In this document: positions 20,212-30,129 of the stretch, piece after piece
Layout of the letters: the number at the start of each line of letters is the position of its first letter
How positions within the stretch are numbered: position 1 is the first letter of the stretch
Assembly (NCBI GenBank): GCA_039815185.1
Contig: JBCBZT010000009.1
Span: forward strand, 1-64,000
Direction of reading: 5' to 3'
DNA from: Cyanobacteria bacterium P01_A01_bin.123
Lineage (GTDB): Bacteria; Cyanobacteriota; Cyanobacteriia; Phormidesmidales; Phormidesmidaceae
DNA length: 64,000 nt
Translations under genes and position numbers: made by a program
The notes under the pieces: model-generated
What the model was told of the DNA's origin: nothing
Database searches by the model: none
What the model saw: only the letters and a program-made list of their open reading frames with translations

Positions 20212-21006
20212 ATGGATGACACCTATCCAATTTATCTCAGCCGACTTGCGCAAATGGCTTTGTCCCAGGCGTATCATAACCAGGTGCAATCTGTTCAGGC
20301 CTCCACGAAGTTTCATCATTCGCCATCGGGCAGCGCTCAGGCTGCATCAGTGCCCGGATACACGATTATTACGCCACCCCAATCTGATGAATCAATCAAC
20401 TCGCAGTTTTATTTACAGCTAGAAACCTATCAACAAAAATTGCTGGCATTGGACTTTGGTGCAGATTTAATGGTGTCTTTGCCGCTAGCAAGTTTTCACC
20501 TCACGCTTGCGGATCTAATTGTGGGTAGTGCTTATGAAAATGCCTGCGATCGCGATGCTAATTATGAGGTTAACCTACGGACTTGCATCGAGAAAATATT
20601 TAAGCAGTATCAACAGCAATATCCCCAACCCCAAGCACCCATTAAGTGGCGAATGCAGAGTCTAATCGTGATGCCACGAGCAATCGGTGTTGCACTCGCG
20701 CCCGAGAGCCTTGACGACTATGAGCAAATTATCAATTTCCGACGCTTGATCTACCAAAGCTCTGAACTAGCTGCACTGGGGATAGCACAACAATATCACT
20801 TTACCGCTCATGTAACGTTGGCATATTTTAAGCCTATTCCGGTGGATTTAAACCGCGATCGCGTTGCCGAGTTACTCGCTCATTTAAATCAAAGTTGGCT
20901 CAACACCATGCCTGAATTCATCGTCGATCAAGCTGAACTGCGAAAATTCGACGATATGAATAGCTTTTATCGTCAACCAGATTGGACAAAAGTCAATTTT
21001 GGATAG
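20212..21006 (+). CDS. 2H phosphoesterase-fold protein (DUF1868-like)
   Basis: Two HxT motifs: SFHLTLADL and TAHVTLAYF. Confidence 0.78.
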   Translation: MDDTYPIYLSRLAQMALSQAYHNQVQSVQASTKFHHSPSGSAQAASVPGYTIITPPQSDESINSQFYLQLETYQQKLLALDFGADLMVSLPLASFHLTLADLIVGSAYENACDRDANYEVNLRTCIEKIFKQYQQQYPQPQAPIKWRMQSLIVMPRAIGVALAPESLDDYEQIINFRRLIYQSSELAALGIAQQYHFTAHVTLAYFKPIPVDLNRDRVAELLAHLNQSWLNTMPEFIVDQAELRKFDDMNSFYRQPDWTKVNFG

Positions 21007-21387
21007 GGGATATAGATAGCTCCTATTCCTCCGTAAGCTGAAAGATTTAGGTGCTTAGGGTTGAAGCAAGTTAACAATCCATTCGGCGCAAAAATCGATC
21101 TGGAGCTGGCGCTTCATCTGGTGAAATGGTGGTGATGACTGTGAATGACCAAAATCAACTTGAGATAGTGGGTCAGATTGAGGCGCTTTAATATTGTTTC
21201 AGTCCTTCTAAGCCCAGTCTAGCTGGGGATCTGAAGTTTCCCTATAGCCAAAATGCCATAGGCCTATCCCCATAATCAACTGATTCAAAACGTACCCTCA
21301 AGGGTAATGCGGTTGATCAGTCACCTTGCCAGAATGGGAGCGAGCGACACAAACGCTCTCATTCACTCAAGTTGAATCGTCACGGAC

Positions 21388-23595
21388 ATGACTACCTATC
21401 GAATTTCCGGACGCGTTTTGGATCGCCAAACTCGCCTGGGAGTCTCTGGACTCCGCATAGAAGTTTGGGACAAAGATTTGATTTTAGACGACAGCATTAA
21501 CGGCGGTATCACCGACCATCAGGGTGCCTTTCAAGTGATTTTTGAAAGCGCGACGTTTCGGGATTGGTTTTTCTTTGATCGCAAACCCGATCTCTACTTC
21601 AAAGCTTTCTACCACGGTGAACTGCTGTTTAACACAGAAGACTCAGTGATTTGGAATGCCGACAATCCCACCGATGTGGTGATTGAAGCTGACGCGCCCA
21701 ATTCGCAGCAGCCTGTGCCCCAGCCTCCTGTCTCTTTGTCTCGATTCAAACCCCGCACTCAGCAGCGGACTCGGCTCAAGCCCTCAACCTCTTTACTCAA
21801 ACCTGTTAAAAGGAGTTTTTCTACTATGCGCGATCGCAGACAGCAAGCTTTACAAGTTCGCATTGATGCGGCTGAATTAGCAAGCCAGCGCGAGCATCCC
21901 GAGCAGGTGAATAACGGCGAAGAATTCCGTTATCGCGCCAGCAACAACACTTCTACGCACATTGCCAATTTTACAAAAGGGCTACCCCACGATCATAAAG
22001 GCATGTTGGTGGTCGAGTCAGAAACCCCAGGCACCTTTGTGCGTGACAACGACTACTATCTAGAGTTTGTCAAAGCCATTGACTCGGGTGATGAGCGCGA
22101 CTTCCGCGACATTCCCCTCGGGCCTCCGGGGAGCGAGGGTACCCCCCGCCCGACTTGGAAATCTGCGATTGCCTGTGATAACAACGTGCCTGCACGAGCC
22201 TGGGAAAGCCAGGGTGCAGGTAACACCTTTGACCTCGAAGGCCCCGATGCCCAAGCCTTGACCATGCCTCCGGCCCCTACCATTGACAGCCCAGAGCTAG
22301 TCACCGAAATGGCTGAGGTCTACCTAATGGCGTTGCTGCGGGACGTCCCCTTTGCTGAGTTTGCCACCAATCCTGGGGTCCAAGCTGCGATCGCTCGCTT
22401 AAACGATACCGACTGGATTAAAAACCCCGGCGATCGTCTGACCGATGCAGAACAAGCCCGCCTGCGCGGCCCCTTCGATGGCCAAAGCCTGTTTCGCGGT
22501 ATCACCAAAGGCGACGACATCGGCCCCTACCTCTCGCAGTTCATGCTAGTGGGCAATCCCGGACTCGGCAACAGCAACCAAAGCATTGCCGATGGCTTCA
22601 TCTCCTACGGTTCCATCCGCATCGACCAACGGGTACGCGTGGCCACCCCCCGCAAAGACTTCATGACCAACTGGGAAGCCTGGTTGGATGTGCAAAACGG
22701 GGCCGACCTCCGCGGTTTGGAAACTTATGTTGATAATGCCGACAATTCACCCGTCTACCGCTTCCTCGCTACCCCGCGTGACCTCGCCACCTATGTGCAC
22801 TACGATGCGCTCTATGAGGCATATTTGAACGCTTGCTTGATTATGCTGGGCCGAGGCATGCCCTTTGATCCGGGTATTCCTTTCCAACGGGCTGACTATA
22901 TCGACAAACAGCAAGGCTTCGCTCACTTTGGCGGCCCTCACATTTTGTCCCTCGTGACTGAAGTGGCCACCCGTGCTCTCAAGGCTGTGCGATTCCAGAA
23001 GTTCAATGTCCACCGTCGGGCCCGTCCTGAAGCCCTAAGCGGTTTCATCAACCGCTACTGCAACGGCGATACCGATGATATTCTCAGCGTCAAGCCTTTG
23101 GCAGATGGGCTCGATACTGGCCTACTCAATGAAGTGGCAGGTCATAATGCGATGATGAACGGCGCAGAAGGCCCCGGTGGCGGATACAGCAATTCTTTCT
23201 TGCTGCCCATGGCCTTTCCTGAAGGTTCGCCTATGCACCCCGCTTATGGGGCTGGTCACGCTACGGTGGCTGGTGCTTGCGTCACTATCCTTAAGGCGTT
23301 CTTTGATCACGGTTATGAATTGCCCTTCTGCTACCAACCTGCAGCCGATGGGTCTCGCCTAGATAAAGTGGTGATCAATGCCCCACTGACGGTTGAAGGG
23401 GAATTGAACAAACTGGCCTCCAACATCTCTATCGGTCGCAACTGGGCCGGGGTTCACTACTTCACCGACTATATCGAGTCGATTCGTCTGGGTGAAAGCA
23501 TTGCCCTCGGCATCCTCGAAGAGCAAAAGCTCACCTACGGTGAAAATTTCTCGATGACTGTTCCCCTATTTGACGGGGGTGTCGTTCGCATCTAA
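21388..23595 (+). CDS. vanadium-dependent haloperoxidase (bromoperoxidase-like) with N-terminal accessory domain
   Basis: FTKGLPH, QKFNVHRRARPE (K-x6-RP), PMHPAYGAGHATVAGAC, GRNWAGVHYFTD (R-x5-H-x3-D); extra ~146-aa N-terminus. Confidence 0.92.
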   Translation: MTTYRISGRVLDRQTRLGVSGLRIEVWDKDLILDDSINGGITDHQGAFQVIFESATFRDWFFFDRKPDLYFKAFYHGELLFNTEDSVIWNADNPTDVVIEADAPNSQQPVPQPPVSLSRFKPRTQQRTRLKPSTSLLKPVKRSFSTMRDRRQQALQVRIDAAELASQREHPEQVNNGEEFRYRASNNTSTHIANFTKGLPHDHKGMLVVESETPGTFVRDNDYYLEFVKAIDSGDERDFRDIPLGPPGSEGTPRPTWKSAIACDNNVPARAWESQGAGNTFDLEGPDAQALTMPPAPTIDSPELVTEMAEVYLMALLRDVPFAEFATNPGVQAAIARLNDTDWIKNPGDRLTDAEQARLRGPFDGQSLFRGITKGDDIGPYLSQFMLVGNPGLGNSNQSIADGFISYGSIRIDQRVRVATPRKDFMTNWEAWLDVQNGADLRGLETYVDNADNSPVYRFLATPRDLATYVHYDALYEAYLNACLIMLGRGMPFDPGIPFQRADYIDKQQGFAHFGGPHILSLVTEVATRALKAVRFQKFNVHRRARPEALSGFINRYCNGDTDDILSVKPLADGLDTGLLNEVAGHNAMMNGAEGPGGGYSNSFLLPMAFPEGSPMHPAYGAGHATVAGACVTILKAFFDHGYELPFCYQPAADGSRLDKVVINAPLTVEGELNKLASNISIGRNWAGVHYFTDYIESIRLGESIALGILEEQKLTYGENFSMTVPLFDGGVVRI
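21808..21828 (+). promoter_or_regulatory. internal Shine-Dalgarno and in-frame ATG (M147) at the start of the haloperoxidase core
   Basis: AAAAGGAG-TTTTTCTACT-ATG; ATG at 21826 is in frame with 21388. Confidence 0.55.
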
Positions 23596-23653
23596 TGAAG
23601 ATGGCCTCGATTCTACTTGCTTAAGCTAAGCAATCTGGCCAGTGCTATAAACC

Positions 23654-23700
23654 CAATAGCGGGAGGACCTCGTGACTGAGCCTCTCGCTATTGCTTTGTT
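23654..23700 (+). terminator. intrinsic terminator-like hairpin after the haloperoxidase gene
   Basis: CAATAGCGGGAGG / CCTCTCGCTATTG 13-bp stem (one G-U) followed by CTTTGTT; between convergent genes. Confidence 0.7.
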
Positions 23701-23742
23701 GAAGAAGACTTAAGCCAAACTTCCATTAACCCAGCAGCAGGC

Positions 23743-25674
23743 TTAGGGGCGAACAAACTCCGAAGGGTTGCGGAAGCTTTCTGCAGGGACATCTTCTAGC
23801 GCTTGCTGCATGAAGTCGCGCCAAACTGGAGCCACAACGCCACCGCCGGTTGCACCGCTTCCCAGGGGAGAGTAGTCATCGTTGCCGACCCAGATTGCCG
23901 TCGCGAGTTGGGGCACATAGCCCACAAACCAAACGTCCCGTTGAGAATCTGTGGTACCCGTTTTGCCCGCAGCGGGACGACCAATCTGAGCAGCAGTCCC
24001 AGTTCCTTGGTTGATCACACCTTGTAGCACGCTGGTCAACGTAGCCGTAGCCCACGGATCTAATATCAGCTGAGGCTTAGGGGTATTATCGAGCAGCACA
24101 TTGCCCACAGAATCGCGCACCTGCACAATTAAAGTCGTCTCAGAGTGCCAACCATTGCTGGCAAAGGTGGCATAGGCTCCGGCCATTTCCATTGGGGTCA
24201 AGTCAACCGCGCCCAGGGGAAGCGAGATAACAGACTCCATAGGGCTTTCAATCCCCAGCATGCGGGAAACTTCAATGATGTTGTCGATACCCACAGCCTG
24301 GCCAATTTTAACGGCGGGGACATTGCGGGAAAATTCGAGCGCCTTGCGGATGGAAATGGATCCCATGAATGACCCATCATAATTCTTGGGCGCATAGTAT
24401 TTGTAACCGTCTGGATAACTCACCGGAGTGTCGGCGATACTGCTGTCTGGACCATATCGCCCGGAAGCAAAGGCAGTGTAATAGACAAAGGGCTTGAAGG
24501 AAGATCCCGGCTGACGATGGGCCTGAACCGCCCGGTTAAACTGGCTGTTGTTGTAGTCAACCCCACCGACGATGGCTTTCACAAAGTGGGTGCGGGGGTC
24601 AACAGCAACCAGTGCCATTTGATCGGCCCGAACGCGGAGTCGGCCGTGGTTGCGTTGCACCGTCTCTTCGGCCATGCGTTGCATGTTGATATCAACGGTG
24701 GTTTGCACGCGCATGCCACCCTTAAGTAGAGCTTCTTGTCCAAATCTTTCAGTGAGTTCTTGGACAACGGCATCGGTGACGTAGGGTGATTGACTGGGTC
24801 TAAATGAGGTAACTTCACCGACTAACAGGGGAGCATCCCTAGCCGCTGCTTCTTCTTCTGGGGTAATCCACTCAAGCTGGCGCATTCGGCTTAAGACTAG
24901 AGCCTGTCGCTGTTTGGCTTTTTCATAGTTGACAAAGGGGCTGTAGCCCTCTGGCGCTTGAATTAACCCGGCCATCATGGCGGCTTCTGGCAGGGTAAGT
25001 TCAGAAGCTGATTTATTGAAGTAGCTTTGGGCAGCAGTTTCGACGCCGTAGGTGTTGTGCCCCCAGTAAACCTGGTTGAGGTACATCTCTAGAATTTGAT
25101 CTTTTTCAAAGACCTGCTCTAGTCTCAGAGACAAAACGGCTTCAGCAATTTTCCGGCTAATGGCGCGATCGCGGCTGAGGAAGAGATTTTTGACCAACTG
25201 CATGGTGATGGTGGAGCCCCCTTCCACCGTTTCGCCCGCACTCATATTGGCTAAGAAGGCTCGGGCAATACTGCTGGGGTTGATGCCCTGGTGCGTATAA
25301 AAATAGCTGTCTTCAATGGCGAGGACGGCCCGTTTAAGCTCAGGCGACATATCGTCTAGATTGACCACTTCTCGATTGGCTTCGTCGTGAATGCTGTCGA
25401 GCAGGGTGCCATTGATGTCGTAGATATAGCTGGTTTCGGTGGGCAAGTAGTTACGCAGGATGCGCACGTCGGGTAAGTTGCGGAAGCTAACGGCGAGACC
25501 CACCAAGCCGCCCGCGGCGACGGAACTGCCCAACATCGTGACACCCAGGATAGTCGCAGCAGTCACTTGACCGACATCTTGAACAAACTTCAGAATGTCG
25601 CTTGGCTTGCTCGCCTTAGTCGCTTTGTGGACTTTCTGGGGCGATCGCTGTTGTCGAATCGTATTGGCTGACAC
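23743..25674 (-). CDS. class A penicillin-binding protein 1A (transglycosylase/transpeptidase)
   Basis: AIEDSYF, GGSTITMQLVKN, RQPGSSFKP (SxxK), SRN, KTGT; GTG at 25674 with AAGGA RBS preferred to the ORF start at 25833. Confidence 0.93.
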   Translation of the reverse strand: MSANTIRQQRSPQKVHKATKASKPSDILKFVQDVGQVTAATILGVTMLGSSVAAGGLVGLAVSFRNLPDVRILRNYLPTETSYIYDINGTLLDSIHDEANREVVNLDDMSPELKRAVLAIEDSYFYTHQGINPSSIARAFLANMSAGETVEGGSTITMQLVKNLFLSRDRAISRKIAEAVLSLRLEQVFEKDQILEMYLNQVYWGHNTYGVETAAQSYFNKSASELTLPEAAMMAGLIQAPEGYSPFVNYEKAKQRQALVLSRMRQLEWITPEEEAAARDAPLLVGEVTSFRPSQSPYVTDAVVQELTERFGQEALLKGGMRVQTTVDINMQRMAEETVQRNHGRLRVRADQMALVAVDPRTHFVKAIVGGVDYNNSQFNRAVQAHRQPGSSFKPFVYYTAFASGRYGPDSSIADTPVSYPDGYKYYAPKNYDGSFMGSISIRKALEFSRNVPAVKIGQAVGIDNIIEVSRMLGIESPMESVISLPLGAVDLTPMEMAGAYATFASNGWHSETTLIVQVRDSVGNVLLDNTPKPQLILDPWATATLTSVLQGVINQGTGTAAQIGRPAAGKTGTTDSQRDVWFVGYVPQLATAIWVGNDDYSPLGSGATGGGVVAPVWRDFMQQALEDVPAESFRNPSEFVRP

Positions 25675-25933
25675 GGGCTTTTCAGTTCCTTCTATTGACG
25701 GGAAACAAAGATGCTGTCCGCAGAGTTCTGAGATTATAGAGAATCTTGGCCAACCTGACAGGAGATTTTTGGCGTATTTTGGAAGGCGATGCGCGGGAGT
25801 TACGATTGAGCCCTTACGATTTGGCCCTAGCATAGTCTACGCGCTCTAGTTCGTGCCATTAAAATCCTCTGGGCTTAAGAGCCACGATCCTGATTTCGTA
25901 AAATTAATTAGCAATTCATCTGAAACATCATCC

Positions 25934-27181
25934 ATGACAGCCTCAGGTTCTCCTCAACAACCAGCCTCCCCTATTCCGGAAGAATTCCAGTGGATCTATC
26001 GGGGGGTAACCGAAGTCTTTCCTCACCAGAGTGAATCGGATGATCCAGACGAAAATTTGATTCGGCGACTACAAACCAGCGATCGCCCTTTAAGAATCAA
26101 ACTGGGCATTGACCCCACAGGTTCAGAAATTCATTTGGGCCACAGTATTCCAGTCCGCAAACTGCGCGCCTTTCAAGATGCAGGACATACGGCAGTGCTG
26201 ATTATCGGTGATTTTACCGCACGCATCGGTGACCCGGAAGGCAAGTCTGAAGTCCGCAAACAGTTGAGCGAGGCTGATGTTAAAGCCAATGCCCAAACCT
26301 ATCTCGATCAAGTGCGTCCGATTCTAGATTTTGACACCCCTGGGCGGTTAGAAGTGCGTTATAACTCGGCGTGGCTATCTCAGCTAGATTTAGCCAAAAT
26401 TCTAGAACTGCTGGCAACCATGACCGTCGGCCAAATGCTGGCAAAGGAAGGATTTTCCCAACGGTATGATCAGGGCAATCCCATTTATTTACATGAGTTT
26501 CTCTACCCGCTGATGCAAGGGTTTGATTCGGTAGCGGTCCAAGCCGATGTGGAACTGGGCGGGACCGACCAAAAATTCAACATTGCGGTTGGGCGTGACT
26601 TGCTGCGTCATTTTGGTCTAAAGCCCCAATTTGGCATGTTGATGCCTTTGCTGTTAGGCACCGACGGCCATCAAAAGATGTCAAAGTCTTTGGGGAACTA
26701 TGTGGGTTTGATGGAAGATCCGCTGTCAATGTATTCCAAACTGGAAAAGGTACCGGATACTCTAATTGCAGACTATTTTGAGCTGTTGACGAAAATCGCT
26801 TTAGACGGTCTACCAGAAAACCCGCGCGATCGCCAAAAGCAACTCGCCCTGACAGTAACCCAGCAGTTCCACGGCATTGAAGCGGCCCAACAAGCCCAAC
26901 AAGCGGCCCTCACCCTGACCCAAGGGCAAACCGCTGGTGCCGAAGGGGTCCCTGAATTTTCCCTGGGCGACGTCGAGTTTCCGGTCAAGCTGTTTTATAT
27001 TTTGAGTGCTGCGGGGTTATGTAAAAGCAGTAGTGAAGCCCGTCGACAAATCGAAGGCGGTGCAGTGAAGCTAGAAGGCGATCGGATCTCAAACGTCAAC
27101 CTCACCTTTGAAAACGCTAACCCCCTAGCCGGAAAGGTACTCCAAGTCGGCAAGAAAAAATTCATCCGCCTAGTCAACTAA
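25934..27181 (+). CDS. tyrS: tyrosine--tRNA ligase
   Basis: GIDPT..HLGH, GGTDQ, KMSKS, C-terminal S4 domain; ATG at 25934 preferred. Confidence 0.96.
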   Translation: MTASGSPQQPASPIPEEFQWIYRGVTEVFPHQSESDDPDENLIRRLQTSDRPLRIKLGIDPTGSEIHLGHSIPVRKLRAFQDAGHTAVLIIGDFTARIGDPEGKSEVRKQLSEADVKANAQTYLDQVRPILDFDTPGRLEVRYNSAWLSQLDLAKILELLATMTVGQMLAKEGFSQRYDQGNPIYLHEFLYPLMQGFDSVAVQADVELGGTDQKFNIAVGRDLLRHFGLKPQFGMLMPLLLGTDGHQKMSKSLGNYVGLMEDPLSMYSKLEKVPDTLIADYFELLTKIALDGLPENPRDRQKQLALTVTQQFHGIEAAQQAQQAALTLTQGQTAGAEGVPEFSLGDVEFPVKLFYILSAAGLCKSSSEARRQIEGGAVKLEGDRISNVNLTFENANPLAGKVLQVGKKKFIRLVN

Positions 27182-27239
27182 GGCGTTGAACGTAAACCTC
27201 TCCCCATCTCCCTCTTTCCCCTCCCCCATCCTCCCTCCC

Positions 27240-28031
27240 ATGACTCCAGCCGAGCGCATCATTGTCCCCCTCGATGTGGCCGATGAAACCACCGCGATCG
27301 CCTTAGTCGATCAACTCCCCCAGGTGACTTTTTGGAAAGTTGGGTTAGAACTGTTTGTCAGTAGCGGGCCCACGCTGCTCCAACGGCTCAAGGATAGGCA
27401 AAAACGGATTTTTCTCGATCTCAAGTTTCACGACATTCCCAACACCATGGCCGGGGCCTGTCGCGCGGCGGGCCGTTACGGCGTCAATTTAGTCACGGTT
27501 CACGCCGCCGCCGGACGCGCCGCCCTAGAATCTGCCAAAGTTGCGGCTCTAGAAGGTGCTCAATCAGCAGGCTGTCCATCCCCCCAGCTGATTGCCGTTA
27601 CCCTACTCACCAGCATCAGTTCCCGCGCCCTGGCCTTTGACCTCAAAATTCCCCTAGAGCTGCCCGATTATGCTCTACAAATGGCCTTGCTAACCCAGGA
27701 CAGTGGTTTAGCTGGGGTAGTTTGCTCACCCCAGGAGGCCGCTCAGCTGCGACAATCCTGTGGTGATGAATTCTTGTTGGTGTGTCCTGGGGTACGACCC
27801 AGTTGGGCTGCAAAGGGAGATCAGCAGCGGGTGATGACGCCAACGGCTGCGATCGCAGCTGGGGCTAATTTTTTAGTGATTGGCCGCCCGATTACGGCGT
27901 CAGCCAACCCAGCGGCAGCCTTTGAACAGATTTGTCAGGAGCTTTTAGAGAATCAGGGGATGGGAAAAACCCCTGATAAATCCAAAATCCAAAATCTCAA
28001 ATCCAGAGCTAGGAGAGCGGATCATGGGTAA
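27240..28031 (+). CDS. pyrF: orotidine-5'-phosphate decarboxylase
   Basis: [35 protein letters not shown] at 27240 preferred. Confidence 0.96.
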   Translation: MTPAERIIVPLDVADETTAIALVDQLPQVTFWKVGLELFVSSGPTLLQRLKDRQKRIFLDLKFHDIPNTMAGACRAAGRYGVNLVTVHAAAGRAALESAKVAALEGAQSAGCPSPQLIAVTLLTSISSRALAFDLKIPLELPDYALQMALLTQDSGLAGVVCSPQEAAQLRQSCGDEFLLVCPGVRPSWAAKGDQQRVMTPTAAIAAGANFLVIGRPITASANPAAAFEQICQELLENQGMGKTPDKSKIQNLKSRARRADHG

Positions 28032-28722
28032 GCGGATCAGTGCGATGGTCAAGGGCTGGGCTTGGGGGGCGATCACGGTCAGTTGCAGTCTGATTCCCAC
28101 GGTCGCCCAGGCGCAAATCCCAGAGATCAACCTAGAGGTCAGCCCAGAGGTCAGCCCAGAAGCCAACGGAGAAATCGGCTCAGAAACCAGCTCAACGGAT
28201 ATCTCACCCGCACCTCTACGAGTCCGGACGCCCTGTCCAGCGGATTTAGATACCCTAATGCAAGGACTCCTGCGCGATTTACCCAGCTATACAAATCGGG
28301 TGCATCAGCGGAGTTCAGGGCCTTATCGAGAGATTCAACTCCCCGGTTCTGTCTTAATTGCCAGCCAGCCCGACTTTAGACCCCTGACGTTGAATGATTG
28401 GGGCAGTCCCCAATCAACAACCCCAGAGCCCCAAAATCTAGAAGATCCAACCCTCTACCAGGTTTTCTTCACCACCCTAGAAGGTCAACAAACCGACGCC
28501 GAGGCCCAACGTTTGCAACGCTATCACTGGGTGTTTCTCACCCGCAGCAGTGAAGCTGACAACGATTGGCGATTGGCGTTCATGTATTCCCGGATTGGCG
28601 ATTATCCTGCTGTTGTTAGCCCTGCAACGCCTCCTGAGGAGACCACCTACAGCGCTATTGGTCAAGGCATTCGGCTGTGGTTACGCGACTGCCGCGCCCA
28701 AGCTGTAGACCCAGTTGATTAA
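28024..28722 (+). CDS. hypothetical exported protein
   Basis: Signal-like N-terminus (AQA), [20 protein letters not shown] and WLRDCR segments; overlaps the pyrF end. Confidence 0.72.
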   Translation: MGKRISAMVKGWAWGAITVSCSLIPTVAQAQIPEINLEVSPEVSPEANGEIGSETSSTDISPAPLRVRTPCPADLDTLMQGLLRDLPSYTNRVHQRSSGPYREIQLPGSVLIASQPDFRPLTLNDWGSPQSTTPEPQNLEDPTLYQVFFTTLEGQQTDAEAQRLQRYHWVFLTRSSEADNDWRLAFMYSRIGDYPAVVSPATPPEETTYSAIGQGIRLWLRDCRAQAVDPVD

Positions 28723-29204
28723 AAGTTCTTAGTCTGGTTGAAAAATTGCCCAACCTCAAAACTGCTGGTATTCTCCAACTGTCGCAGCACTGAGCGAGTA
28801 ATCAGTTTGCCAACTTCCACCAGAACTTCCCCAGTAATCGGGTGTAGGAGATTTTGATCAGCTCGCCGTCCAATTAGGGCTTCAATGTCTTGCAGGGAGT
28901 TGACATACATCCCAGGTGGTAGCTCCACCACGACCCCTTCACCCATCACCCTGGCCTGACAAGCCAACCGTGAATTAGCCTTGCATGAGGTAATCACTTC
29001 TAAGGTGCGTTGTTCTCGACGGTTAATGGGGGTAAGGGCTTCAGCACCTGACTCAACGTAGATGTGACAAGTGGCACACATGCCCCGACCGCCACATTCC
29101 TTCAACACATCCAGGTTTTTGTTGAGCAAAACGGAGAGGAGATTCCCATTGGTTTCAATAGAACTCTCTTGGGCAATGGGTTCGAGACGAACAGTTTTAG
29201 CCAT
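28719..29204 (-). CDS. [2Fe-2S] ferredoxin with C-terminal extension (Slr0148/Fed5-like)
   Basis: CGGRGMCATC...SRLAC adrenodoxin-type ligands plus ~60-aa tail (LIGRRA..ITRS). Confidence 0.88.
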   Translation of the reverse strand: MAKTVRLEPIAQESSIETNGNLLSVLLNKNLDVLKECGGRGMCATCHIYVESGAEALTPINRREQRTLEVITSCKANSRLACQARVMGEGVVVELPPGMYVNSLQDIEALIGRRADQNLLHPITGEVLVEVGKLITRSVLRQLENTSSFEVGQFFNQTKNF

Positions 29205-29301
29205 GGGAAGTAATCTGACTCAGATAAAACTTAAATAGAGATACAATCCTTTACATCATGAGAATGCCCGCTGGATTGCCTTAATGCAACGGTGATTTCG
29301 C

Positions 29302-30129
29302 CTATTTGTCCGAGTTGGGTGGGAAAAGTAGCTGGCGTTGGCGATCGCTAAAGCTCTCTTTTTCCAGTAGCACGGCGTAGTTACGAATAATCCGGCTACA
29401 TTTCTTGATAAATCCGTTGGCCCAATCTTGAATCCAGCCGCACTGTTCTGTCGTTAAGGGCTCAGAATTGCCCCCGTTGGTTGAGGGTTGCCACTGAATC
29501 TCTCCGATGCGATTGACTTGAAACTGCTGCATCCAAGGCACATTTGGACAGCTGGCCTTCAATGTATTGCTCACTATCGTCTTGCCGAGGTAATGGCTGG
29601 TAAACACACTCAGTTGATTCAGTGCGTCTACAGCTTCTTCAAGGTAGGGTGAGGCTAGTGAGTCGGGCGGATCAAGTGAGTCGGGTGGATCAAGCGTCTG
29701 GTCTGGATGCGCCAAGGGAGTGGAAACCACTGCTCCATTGGGTTGATCGTCTTGGCTGGCACCGCCCATCCAATCACGAAAGGTGTCAACTCCAGCGATC
29801 AAATCTGTCTGCAGCAATTGCTTGAGTGGTTCAAAAGCGGCCTGGTACTCCTGATGGGACAGACGGGGATGGATTAGCACCATCAAACTTATCCCCTGAT
29901 CCAGCTTGTGAATATAAACCTGATGCGCCACAAATTGAAAAGAGAAAGACTCTAGTCCGGCAGGCGTGGTGGCCACCACCTGCTGAATCCCTTGAGCTAA
30001 TATCTCTTCTTGCTGAACGTTAAGAATTTGGTCAATCCCCAAGAAAGAAGGGCGCGATCGCCCATCCATTAGGGCAATCCCCACAATTCCTGGTAAATTC
30101 AGAAAGTTCTGAACAACCTGGCGCTTCAT
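29302..30129 (-). CDS. hypothetical protein upstream of the ferredoxin
   Basis: 275-aa ORF, FLNLPGIVGIALMDGRSRP start; internal 18-bp duplication at 29657-29692. Confidence 0.75.
   Translation of the reverse strand: MKRQVVQNFLNLPGIVGIALMDGRSRPSFLGIDQILNVQQEEILAQGIQQVVATTPAGLESFSFQFVAHQVYIHKLDQGISLMVLIHPRLSHQEYQAAFEPLKQLLQTDLIAGVDTFRDWMGGASQDDQPNGAVVSTPLAHPDQTLDPPDSLDPPDSLASPYLEEAVDALNQLSVFTSHYLGKTIVSNTLKASCPNVPWMQQFQVNRIGEIQWQPSTNGGNSEPLTTEQCGWIQDWANGFIKKCSRIIRNYAVLLEKESFSDRQRQLLFPPNSDK

Noticed and set aside
21126..21191. Short frame MVVMTVNDQNQLEIVGQIEAL* upstream of the haloperoxidase
   Set aside because: Too short and no recognisable family; may be a relic but is unsupported
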